From assembly GCF_044704955.1 (NCBI RefSeq), contig NC_091990.1:177320001-177384000 (forward strand): 64,000 nt of DNA. The letters run 5' to 3'. Below are positions 1-10,889 of the stretch, piece after piece. A model generated the notes under the pieces. That model had not been told where the DNA came from. It saw only the letters and a program-made list of their open reading frames with translations, and ran no database searches. How positions within the stretch are numbered: the stretch's first letter is position 1; every line of letters starts with the position of its first letter. The translations under genes were made by a program, and so were the position numbers. The stretch is from Pristiophorus japonicus (lineage: Eukaryota).

Positions 1-1050
1 TGTCTGCCTTTTTTCTCAACCGAGAATTCCCCTCTCCTGTGGTTGACATAGCTGTTGACTGTGTCCATTCTATTTGCCGCACTTCTGCTCTCACTCCTTC
101 CCCTCCCTCTTAGAACCATGATAGGGTTCCCCTTGTCTTCACCTTTCATCCTACCAGCCTCCACATGCAACGGATCATCCTCTGTCATTTCCACACATCC
201 AGCATGATCCCACCAGCAAACATCTTTCCCTCTGCTTTCAGCATTCCGAAGGGACAGCTCCCTCCACAACACTCTGGTCCACTCCTCAATCACCCCCAAC
301 AACCCCTCCCCTTCCCTGTCCAGGGCCTCAAACACTCCTTCCAGGTGAAACAGCGATTTACTTGTACTTCTTTCTATTTAATATACTGTATTCGTTGCTC
401 ATGATGCAATCTCCTCTACATTGGGACACCAAACACATATTGGGTGATTGCTTTACAGAACACCCCCGTTCAGTCCGTAAGCATGACCCCAAGCTTCCAG
501 TCGCCTGTCACTTTAATTCTGTGCTCCAATCCCACTCTCATCTTTCCATTCTCGGCCTCTTGCACTGTTCCAACAAAGCTCGCGTAAGCTCCAAGAACAG
601 CACCTCATATAGGCACCTTACATCGGACTCAACATAGAGTTCAACAATTTCAGACAAAAACACTGCCCATACTTTATTCTCTTTTTCTGTTTTTTTCTCT
701 CTTTCTCATGGCAGCTGTTGATGATTCTGCCATTTCCATTTACACCCTATCTAGGCGTGTCTTTTCTTCCTTAACTTGCCTCGTTCCCATCTCCTTTCGC
801 CTTGCACCACCATCCCTTTTATCTCTTTATCTCTCCTGCCTTACACCCTATCACAGAACTTCCCTTTTGTTCTTTCTTCCTTTCCCCTTTCCCTGCCCCT
901 ACACTTGCTTAAAAACCTGTTACATCTCTGTTTGCAGTTCTGACGAAGGGTCAACGACCTGAAACATTAATCCTGTTTCTCTCTCCACAGATGTTGCCTG
1001 ATCTGCTGAGTATTTCCAACATTTTCTGTTTTTTTTTCAGATTTCCAGCA
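1..1050 (+). mobile_element. Penelope-like retroelement 3' part (decayed GIY-YIG endonuclease plus terminal repeat)
   Basis: Frame-shifted RVPLVxTFHPTSLHMQRIIL and FTCTSFYLIYCIRCS.CNLLYIGDTK...EH...PVACHFN (GIY-YIG), followed by a pyrimidine-rich tail and a CTGACGAAGGG..GAAAC motif. Confidence 0.8.
940..970 (+). ncRNA. Minimal hammerhead-ribozyme-like motif in the Penelope terminal repeat
   Basis: CTGACGA-aGGGTC-aac-GACC-t-GAAAC: CUGANGA and GAAA core boxes flanking a short stem II. Penelope elements are known to carry minimal hammerheads. Confidence 0.55.
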
Positions 1051-1470
1051 TGCGCAGTATTTTGCTTTTACATGAACAAGTATAATATTGTGAAAAGGGT
1101 ACTTACATTATCAATTACCACACTTAATCAATTTCCGTGGCGAGTTTAATGGGCAATTAATGTGCAAATGCAGGAACTTCATGAAACTCATGGGGTAGTT
1201 AAGGGCAAGCTGCCATTTATGTGACGCTAACAGCAAATTGTCCAGCAACTTGTGGCGATTTGCAAAGCACGGGGTATCTCGTTATCCACGGAACCTGCTG
1301 GACGATTTGCTCATTAATAACGATGTGTGTCGTTCACATGCCATTACTTTTTCAGCAAGTTCCAGTCAATTATTTCAAGCTATCTTTATGTTTTTGCCAC
1401 GATTTGCAGCCAAAGGTTTTCACCATCATGTGTGCAGGGATTTGTGTTGTGTACAAAATGCTCAAATTAC

Positions 1471-1896
1471 CTGCTTTAACGTTCAGTACTGCTTTTGTAG
1501 TACAACCTTCAGTTGTTCTGTCCTGTTTAACTTCAATGATTAGCTCAGCGCCATCATCCTTGGATACATCAGGACACAGGGTAATGTTACAGGGTATTCT
1601 GAAATTCTTTTCAGCAGTATGTTGTAATTCTGGCACCTCAGCAGTGAAGGAGTCATCTTCCTTGCAGGAATCTAATACACTTGTGAGGGGAATATATGCT
1701 CCCTTTTCTGCTGGCAAGCTCCCTACTGGAATTTGCCAGTGAAATAGCTTCTTTGTTTCCTGCTCCCCTTTCCTCTTCAAGGATGTAACAATGTTCACTG
1801 TCTCTCGACAGAACAGAGTGACTTCCCACTTCAAATGGATTCTCTCATTGTGTTTGATTTCATCCGGTTTTGTGATATCACTAATTGTAGGAGGAT
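1471..1896 (-). CDS. Post-TM (cytoplasmic) exon encoding a degenerate Ig-like domain
   Basis: 426 nt, phase 1-1, ttttctgttgtag acceptor and CAG|GTAATT donor, within ORF 1370-1912. Non-repetitive, DPPTISDITKP...DDGAELIIEVKQ...KAVLNVKA. Joining to the TM exon is inferred from strand, order and phase. Confidence 0.75.
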
Positions 1897-3330
1897 CTAC
1901 AACAGAAAACAAAACAATGTGAAATAAACTTTATGTTCCAACTTACTCACGTGCATCCTTGTTCAGAGATGATGTACAAACTGAATAGCAATGTTCCAAA
2001 ATGTGTGTCATTGCAGAGGATTGTAGCCTCATGCATTGTCATGGTGTCAAACTGCACAATTAATCCTCTGTAAATGACAATGCAGATTCTAGCATACACA
2101 ACATACCATTGTATTTACGAAATCAGAAACTGCCCTTTCTACAAAAATAAAAACATTAACAACACAGAACCCCAATTTTCTGAGACTGCTAAATTGATGT
2201 AGTTCCCTGTGGCCTGTGGATAAGGCACATCTGCGGCAGCATTGTGAAGGACAGGCTTCACCAAATTTGAGAAGTCAATTGCCCCGCTCTTTACTGGGGT
2301 GGGATTTCCAAGCGGGGAGGGTGGGTTGGTGCGGATGGGGAGGAGTAGGGTTGGAGGGTCCTGGTTTCTCTGACCGCCATGGTGTTTTAACAGGTTTCCT
2401 GCCTGGAATCCAGCCTGATTGACAGGCGTGACTACCTGTTTGATGGTGAACGCTGTAGAAGAGGGCACAGCCCAGGAGCAGGTAAGTTACAAGAGGTTGG
2501 GTATAGGGTGGTTTGGGGAAGTCGGGGCTGGTCGTGGGGTTCAGAGATAGATCGGAGGCAGAGATGCAGTGTCAGAGAGAGAGATGGGGGAGTGGGGGAA
2601 GGATTGAAGAGATGGGAGTTTGGGGGACAGAAATGTGGGTAAGTCGATGATCACGAAGGGGGGTGGGCTATGTTCGTATTTGTGTCGGGGGGAGATTGTT
2701 GCGGTTTTGGGGGGATGGTGGGCATTGTTTATAGGTTAGGTTGTTGGGACTGGTGTAAACACTTCAGTTCCTCCTGGCCCAGGAGCTGCAGTGTAAAAGC
2801 TGATGGATTCGCTCTACTCATCTCCTTTTACCTGCCGGTTTTCCCGAAGCCCAGGAAACCCGGCCGATTGTGGTTAAAAATAGAAATCTGTTAAAATGGA
2901 GGCACAATCTTCCTTGACTGTTTTCAATGACCCTCCAGCCTCCCAAGAGTGGAATGATCACCGACCCTCTGTCCTGTAAAATGGGGAGTGGATGGGGTCA
3001 AGGCGGGTTGGGTTCAGATTTCAGATTTTTAACATTTGCCTTCACATCCGACTCAAACACATCTATTTTGGGCGTTTAAAATTTGCTACAAAGCAATAAT
3101 AAAACATTGGACCCAATCTTTACCTGAGAGTCGGAGCAGGTGCCTGCGGACCCACAGCGGGTTGCCATCCTGAACGTTTTAACAGCGCGTTCTGCACTTC
3201 TCGTTTAACTACATTACATCAATTGTAATAGTCACTTGGGTTCCCCGGCCAATTAAATGGAGTTCTCGTCTTTCCCTCTTTGCAGAAGAGAGCGCAGAAC
3301 AGGAGTGATAGAGAGAGAACAGGAGGTGGC

Positions 3331-5110
3331 TGTAACGTTCTTACTCTACAGTATGAAACCACACGAGGCACGTTCTGGGGACAAGGTCACTCTGTGACTT
3401 TAGCTCTTTATTCACAGCACTCCAAAAGCGATGACCCTGCGTGGGACCTCCCTTTTTATACCTGTGTGATCAGGTAATGAGTGTCTCCCACAAGTTCACT
3501 CCTTGTGGTCAAGGTATGCATCTAGGTTGAGTGTATACAGTAATACAGTGGTATTACATTGTGGTTACATACATGACATCACCTTCCCCCCCAAAAGTTT
3601 TATTGGGATCATAGGTTTATTCTTTCAGGTGGTCTACGCTCCCTCGTGGAGCGCCGCAGTTGGAGCTCTGGTTGTTGGACACTGACGTGAGTGTCTGTCA
3701 CCTGTGGTGATTCCGGTCTGTCCGGGCTGGCCGCAGGGACTTTGCATTCTTCTGATTGCTCTTGTTGCTCATTCACTGGCGGTGGTGTGAGCTCCATCTC
3801 ATGGTCTTCTTTAGGTTCCACCATGTCGATGCTGAACCTTTTTTTTACTTGGTCCAGATGCTTACGGCATATCTGACCATTGTTGAGTTTTACTACGATG
3901 ACCCTATTCCCCTCTTTGTCAATTACAGTACCCTCAAGCCATTTGGGCCCCATGGCGTGATTGAGGACGAATAGAAGGATCATTTATTTCTATACATCGC
4001 CCCCTCGAATTACGGTCATGGTACTCGTTTTGTGACTTGTGCTTGACCTCAACTATGTTGGTCAGGACTGGGTGAATGAGGGACAACCGAGTTTTGAGTG
4101 TCCGTTTCATTAGTAGCTCTGCGGGCGGGACCCCCGTGAGCGAGTGTGGTTGGGATCTATAGGCCAGCAGGAGGCGCGATAGGCGGCATTGTAGGGAGGT
4201 TCCTTGAATCCTGAGCATACCTTGCTTAATGATTTGGACAGCACGTTCCGCCTGGCCATTGGAGGCCGGCTTGAACGGCGCAGTCCTGACGTGGTTGATG
4301 CCATTGCCCGACATAAACTCCCGGAATTCGTAGCTTGTGAAACATGGACCATTATCACTAACCAGGATGTCCGGCAAGCCATGGGTTGCAAAGATCGCAC
4401 ATAGGCTTTCCACAGTGGTGGATGACGTGCATGAATTCAGAATGTTGCACTCGATCCATTTCGAGTACACATCTACCACAATAAGAAACATCTTTCCCAT
4501 GAACGGGCCCGCGTAGTCAACATGAATGCGTGACCATGGCCTGGTGGGCCAGGGCCACGGGCTGAGCGGGGCCTCCCTGGGGGCATTACCCAGCTGGGCA
4601 CACATCGTGCACCTGCGAACACAGTGTTCCAGGTCTGAATCAATTACAGGCCACCAAACGTGTGACCGGGCAATGGCCTTCATCAGCACAATGCCTGGGT
4701 GCTCACTGTGGAGTTCCCTAATGAATGCCTCGCTGCCATTCTGGGGCATAACTACCCGGCTGCCCCATAGTAGGCAGTCGGCTTGGATGGAGAGCTCATC
4801 CATCCGTCTGTGGAATGGTCTGACCTCCTCAGGACATGCTCCGTATGCGGGTGCCCAATCCCCAGTCAGGACACATTTCTTAATCAGGGATAGGAGGGGA
4901 TCTCTGTTTGTCCAGATTTTGATCTGGCGGGCTGTGATGGGGGAGCCTGCGCTCTCAAAGGCATCGACAGCCATGACCATCTCAGCGCTTTGCTCTGCTG
5001 CCCCGTCAGTGGTGGCCAGTGGAAGCCCTCTGAGTGCGTCAGCGCAATTTTCAGTGCCGGGCCGGTGCCGGATGGAGTAGTCATAAGCAGCCAGCATGAG
5101 AGCCCATCAC
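3331..5110 (-). mobile_element. Truncated Gypsy/Ty3 LTR retrotransposon (3' LTR 3331-3578, integrase)
   Basis: TG...CA LTR next to a polypurine tract. ORF 3934-5097 has the HPG...WWP...CxxC zinc finger, RIHVDYAGP, VSDNGP and SNGQAERAV (rve integrase). No 5' part present. Confidence 0.9.
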
Positions 5111-5112
5111 TG

Positions 5113-5321
5113 AGGGGAAATAATGGGCCTGAATTGAATAAATTTAAGACAGAAATAGAAGTTTCTTAAACGATAAGGGGACAAGGGGATAAGGGGTTAT
5201 GGAGAGTGGGCGGGGAAGTGGAGCTGAGTCCATGATCAGATCAGCCATGATTTTATTGAATGGCAGAGCAGGCTCGAGGGGTTGTATGGCCTACTCCTGT
5301 TCCTATTTCTTATGTTCTTAT
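5113..5321 (+). mobile_element. CR1 LINE 3' end fragment
   Basis: CR1 3'UTR motif (gaatggcagagcaggctcgagggg...cctactcctg) and (ttcttatg)n tail. Confidence 0.8.
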
Positions 5322-6850
5322 GTCCTTGCCGACCTTGGTATTGAAGTCACCGAGGAGGATCAGCTTTTCGTCTGTAGGGACGCGGGACAGGGATTTTGAG
5401 ATGCTGGAGTAAAAGCCCTCTTTGGTCTCATCTCTTGCATCGCATGTTGAGGTGTACACACTGATGACTGTGGCACATTGGTTCCCGGATAGGATGAGTC
5501 GGAGAGTCATGAGAAGTTTGTTAATCCCGCAGTGGGAATTTCTGAAGTGGTTGACCAGCTCGTTCTTGATAGCGAAACCGACTTTGTGGAGGCGCCGTTC
5601 TTCCTCTGGTTTCCCTTTCCAGAAGAAGGTGTAACCTCCACCGTGTTCCTTGAGCTGGCCTTCCCCTGCCCGCTGGGTCTCGCTTAGGGCGGCGATGTCA
5701 ACATTGAAGCATCTAAATTCTCAGGCAACTATGGCGGTGCGGCATTCTGGCCTGTCGCTGTTGGAATTGTCCACAAGGGTTCTGATGTTCCAGGTCCAGA
5801 ACTTCATATTAATGAGTATTGGATGCCTGTGTGTGAGTTCTTTTAACGTGGGGTGGTCGTTGCACACCGGCTACCACACGGGCTTAGCTGAGCAAGGTCT
5901 TGATCCAGTGGCAAGGGGGTCCAAGATGACTGGAGACCAGGCACTGCTGTATGAGCCGAATTGCCTACGGCGAGATGTTGGCCGTAAGCTCGGTGCTGAA
6001 TAGCGCCCTTTGGTGAGATGGTAGGTGATCCGAGGCCTGGATGGGGGCAGGCATTGGGAAGGTAATTTTGTGGGGAGGAGAGTTAGGGTGTTCAGAGTGG
6101 AAGGAGGAGGGGTCAGTGTGGTCACAGCCATTGTGCTCACCGCGTGCTGGAGGGGAAGAGGCCAGGTCGTCGCTGTAGGAGGAGAGACCCAGGCATCGCA
6201 GGAGGAGGAGGTCCAGTCACAGGAGGAGGGGAGAGGTCCAGTCACAGGAGGAGGAGAGGTCCAGTCACAGGAGGAGGAGAGGCCCAGTCACAGGAGGGGA
6301 GAGGTCCAGTCACAGGAGGAGGAGGTCCAGTCACAGGAGGAGGGGAGAGGTCCAGTCACAGGAGGAGGAGAGGTCCAGTCACAGGAGGAGGGGAGGTCCA
6401 GTCACAGGAGGAGGAGGGGAGGTCCAGTCACCTCAGGAGGAGGAGAGGTCCAGTCACAGGAGGAGGAGAGGCCCAGTCACCTCAGGAGGAGGAGAGGAAG
6501 AGGCCCAGTCACAGGAGGAGGGGAGAGGCCCAGTCACAGGAGGAGGGGAGGCCCAGTCACAGGAGGAGGGGAGAGGTCCAGTCACAGGAGGAGGGGAAGA
6601 GGCCCAGTCCCTGCAGGAGGGGATGAGGCCCAGTTGCCGCTGGGTGGAGTCTCAGAGGGAAGGCTCGCAAGTGAGATAGGCCCAAGCCTGTGGTCGGAGC
6701 TGGTCGGAGCTGGTCACAAGCTCACCAGGTGCCGGCGGGGATCGGGTGAAGCAGCTGAGTTGGCCACGTCCAGCGGGGAGTGTGAGCTAGGTCTTTGGGG
6801 AGGGTGGGGGATGGGCAGGGCTCAGATAGTTGCCCTTCAGCAAGGGATTT
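5322..6850 (-). mobile_element. RTE-clade (BovB-like) LINE, 5' portion only
   Basis: The minus strand encodes an APE endonuclease: TWNIRTL..RP.CRTAIVA.EL..FNVDIAALSET...GYTFFWKG...VGFAIKN...LILLGDFNTKVG (5322-5810). The extent of the 5'UTR to about 6850 is less certain. Confidence 0.75.
6197..6625. repeat. GA-rich minisatellite, unit about 21-27 bp (GAGGTCCAGTCACAGGAGGAGG)
   Basis: About 17 tandem copies of CCAGTCAC with variable GGA spacers. Confidence 0.95.
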
Positions 6851-8234
6851 AGCAGTAAGGGAAATACGTAGGGGTAGAAAAAAATGCACCCACTTTAGGC
6901 TTAAACAGTGGGGAGGGGAGATTGGGGGAGCGAAGAGTGAAGTTAGCAGCAGATGGCCAGAGGGAAATTTGTTCAGGGGGAGCTCCCGAGGAAGCTACCA
7001 TCCTGCCCGCCATCTTGGATCTCCTCAAGAATTGGTGTGCCAGTGACATCCTCACTTTCCTTCGGTTTAATTTGTCCTTAAACAACAATGCAGTCAAAAT
7101 ATATTAGCCAGCACACAAACTGACCTGGATCCATCGCAAATGGAATTTGAATGTGACAATTTTAAAAGTACATCATTCTAGATCCCTATAGTTTAAGTTC
7201 TCTACAGTATGTATGAAAAACACAGAATTATCCTGACATTATCAACTTAAATTGAAAAATGTAATTCATAGTTCAAATAATGAATTTCACCAGTTCTTCC
7301 ATTAATGTCTCATGTCCTCAGTTTGATCAAATAATTAAAAGAGGAGCAGCTTTTCACGTGATTTTAAATTTTAATCCCTTTCAAGGGCAATTAGGGAGGG
7401 ACAATAAATGCTGACCATGTCAGCGATGCCACATCTCAGGAACGAATAAAGAAACCCACATTTTTACACTCCGCCTTTAATGATGTCCACATGAACGATA
7501 AGGAAAATTATTTCTTGAAACGTAAGCAAGCAGCATATTAAAGCCTCGACATATGAAATATCGTCAACATCTGCCAAGTGAAGTAAAGGTTCCTGTTTCC
7601 AGCTGACAGACCCAACTTTAACACCAACCCATAATAGTTAATCACCATTTTAACTGATATTTTGTTCGAGCCAAATGATTTTTGATACGTCTTCAATTAA
7701 AAATGTCTCACATCGTGCACTGCCCGAGTGTAATGAACCAGAAGCAAAGTGCTGATTATTGTGAATCTTCAAATACAAAATGACTCGATCTATATAAAGA
7801 ATGATTTCCCAACAATTCAGTTATGTTTACTCTGTGTTACTTGTGTTGAATTTGCAGAATATTAGCTGAAAGGAAAGTGTTATTGTTTAAAACAACAAAG
7901 TTAGCAGCAGAACCAGAAGAGTTGGGTCGATAACAATTAGAGCAATTTTTACAAACCAGAATAGAGACTTGTGATGAAAGGATTACTAGCCTGCAGTGAC
8001 ACCAATAATTATCACAATGAGGCCAGTTAATGTTCGTCAAAATCATTGTTAGAGAGAGAAAAGAGCAATCCACAAATTGTGGTTACTTGAGAAGAAATTA
8101 TTTCTCTACAGTTGAGTACAACAACAATAAATACGCAACATCTTGAAACAAATTGTCACATACGAGTCCAATAACCAAATAGTTTTCACTTTAATATTTT
8201 TGGTTGTTGTTTATGAAGATGAAAAGGACTTTAC

Positions 8235-8336
8235 CTTTAGATTTTTTCTTCCAGAGACAAACTCCTAAACACACTGCACAAAGCAGCACAGCAGAACCAA
8301 AGATGCCTCCAATAATCGGTCCAATTTGTTTTTCTT
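8235..8336 (-). CDS. Transmembrane exon of the B7-H6-like gene
   Basis: 102 nt, phase 1-1, ttaacag acceptor and GTAAAG donor. Encodes EEKQIGPIIGGIFGSAVLLCAVCLGVCLWKKKSK, a hydrophobic span followed by a basic stop-transfer. Too short for the ORF track. Confidence 0.85.
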
Positions 8337-8810
8337 CTGTTAAAGTATAAAACATATACAACTCTTTGAAAACTTGGCAATAAATAAATTGTGTAATTTA
8401 TATATATTCATTAGAATCTATATCTGTCCTGTTCTACTGATCAGATCTGTTAATTATCTTCTAGAAAATGAAGTAGAAATTGTCATGCATTGCGTCTGTT
8501 ATTCTGGTGTGAAATGGGTGCAACACTGACAAATTTAGCAGTGGGACAGCCTACAACCAATCTCGTATGCATTTGGGCCGGTGCTAAATTAGTTGGGCCT
8601 ACTTTTTAGTCATTCCAGACGGTCGCCTAAAACAGGCATCAGGCCCCTTGGATATGTTGCTTCGGGATCTAGCCCCTGTTAAAGGGCTCACTCAGGAAAA
8701 TGTCTTTCCGATGAGTGGTGAAGGTGCCAGGTCTTCCTCACTAAGAATTCTGCAGCGGCTCCTGCAGCCACCAACAAAAGGTGATTAAAAAAAATTTACA
8801 TTGTTTTAAA

Positions 8811-9670
8811 AAACATAAGAACGTAAGAACATAAGAAATAGGAGCAGGAATAGGCCATTTGACCGCTCGAGCCAGCTCCGCCATTTAATAAGGTCATGGC
8901 TGATCTGATCATGGACTCAGCTCCACTTCCCCGCCCGCTCCCCATTACTCTTTATTCCCTCACCGTTCAACAATCTGTCTATCTCCACCTTAAATGTATT
9001 CAATGACCCAGCCGCCACAGCTCTCTGGGGCAGAGAATTTCACAGATTTACAACCAGCTGAGAGAAGAAATTCCGTCTCATCTCAGTTTTAAAGGGGCGG
9101 CCCCTTATCCTGAAACTATGCCCCCTAGTTTTAGTATCCCCTATGAGTGGAAATATCCTCTCTGCATCCACCTTGTCGAGCCCTGTCATTATCTTATATG
9201 TTTCGATAAGAGCACCTTTCATTCTTCTGAACTCCAATGCGTATAGGCCTAACCTACTCAACCTATCTTCATAAGTCATCTCTGGAATCAACCTAGTGAA
9301 CCTTCTCTGAACAGCCTCCAATACAAATATATCATTCCTTAAATACAGAGACCAAAACTGCACGCAGTACACTTGGTGTGGCCTCACCAATACCCTATAC
9401 AGTTGTAGCAGGCTTCTCTGCTTTTATACTCTATCCCCCTTGCATTAAAGGCCAACATTCTATTCGTCTTCCTGATTACTTGCTGTACCTGCACACTAAC
9501 ATTTTGTGTTTCATGCACAAGGACACCCAGGTCCTTCTGTACTGCAGCACTTTGCAATTTTTCTCCATTTAAATTATAATTTGCTTTTTCTGTCAAAGTG
9601 GATAACCTCACAGTTTCGAACACTGTACTCCATTTGCCAAATTTTTGCCCACTCCGCTTGTCTATAAACC
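8811..9670 (-). mobile_element. 5'-truncated CR1 LINE
   Basis: (acataaga)n tail. ORFs give LVRPH..YCVQFWS...RRMKGALIETYKI...TRGHS, the CR1 ORF2 C-terminus. Confidence 0.9.
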
Positions 9671-10580
9671 TTTCTGTGGAGCTAGGAGGAGCAAGAGTAA
9701 CATTCAAACTCCAACCACACCCAGTGCTCAATGAACAACTCCTGTGTGGAGTCCAGACTTCAGGCATTATAGCTGCTGGTTTGTCCTTGACTTTCCCGAT
9801 TTATGTGTACTGTGTTAAAACAAGCTGTGGTAGGTAGATTATGCCTAAACTTCTCACGTACAAACTGGGAGCTGTGTTGAAGTATTACTAATTCTCTGAA
9901 GAGCTGGGTAAGGGAAGTAGAAAGATAGAGATTTAAATAAAGGTGGAAAATACATAGAACAGAAGAAAAAGGAAAGGGTAACCTTTTTGGACTTCAATAG
10001 CTGACAAGGCAAACAAATAGAAAATTCTACAAAGTGGACAAGACGACGTTGACACCCTGATTTCAGCCAACCCTGATTGCTTAAGTTCTCCTAAAAATTG
10101 AGTTAAAGTATCCTGAGTAAAGAACACAGCTTATGAGCCTCATAAATTCTATGTTTAAAAAGGATTGTTAAAGAACATTTTATCTCGTAGCACTATTCTA
10201 CAGTGCTGAGAAGATCTATTAAAGTTAAAATCTACTGACAAATATATTGGATGCCTGTCCCATTTGCACTGTTTGCTGGAGAAAAACATTGTGAATGCAA
10301 GGAAGAAAGAAACATGGTAAGTAGTTGCAGGAGTACGCCATTTGATCATGGCTGATATCAAAGCCACAATATATTGTGAGGCAACTTTAACGAGTCTCAG
10401 ATCAGTATTTTCACAGTCCCCACATGAACAGTGTGACTTGGGGTCTGAAGAGCTAATAATGTCTGCTCCAAAAGAAAATGGTTGGTAACTATGGATGTTA
10501 TGTGTGAGGAATGTCATGGGAGCTTCATTACTGGAAGGAAATAAATTATAAGTGAAACCTGATCTCGAACCAGATCTTAC

Positions 10581-10889
10581 CTTCATCTGGGTCAATTTCC
10601 AGTGTAAGATTGCCGGTGACTGTTTTATGCTGCACCACACATCTGTACTTAGTACGATCATCCAACGTTGGTTCAATTCGTATTTTACTGGAAACACTGA
10701 ATGTCCCATCACTGTTTGTAATTAGATCCTCAGTGGATTGAGTTTTTGGAACATACACCACTTTTCCATCTGATAACTTTAACCAACTGATATTGATCTG
10801 CTTGGGATAAAATTCCTGAGCATCACATGTCAAAAAGCTCTCTGCACCATTTGCAACTTTTTGTGTGGATGTGCTGAGTTTTGGTTGGG
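10581..10889 (-). CDS. IgC1 exon (copy B) of the B7-H6-like gene
   Basis: 309 nt, phase 1-1, same splice sites as copy A, open frame, LTCDAQEFYPKQINISW...YRCVVQH. Confidence 0.9.

Noticed and set aside
1101-1400. Possible further exon ending at the GTAAGT donor at 1101-1106 (minus strand)
   Set aside because: The region looks like a decayed non-autonomous DNA element, and I found no convincing acceptor or open frame.
2180-3300. GC-rich segment with short ORFs and a plus-strand CAGGTAAGT
   Set aside because: Probably MITE-like interspersed repeats. The boundaries and family could not be supported.
6025-6852. 275-aa and 160-aa Gly/Arg/Glu-rich ORFs, and a CRISPR-like look of the repeat
   Set aside because: The ORFs are by-products of a stop-free minisatellite. 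There are no unique spacers or cas genes, and the context is eukaryotic.
10308-10365. About 50-bp insertion specific to unit B near the C1 donor
   Set aside because: It resembles a tiny CR1 3'UTR scrap (gcaggagtacgccatt..gatcatggctgat), not an exon.
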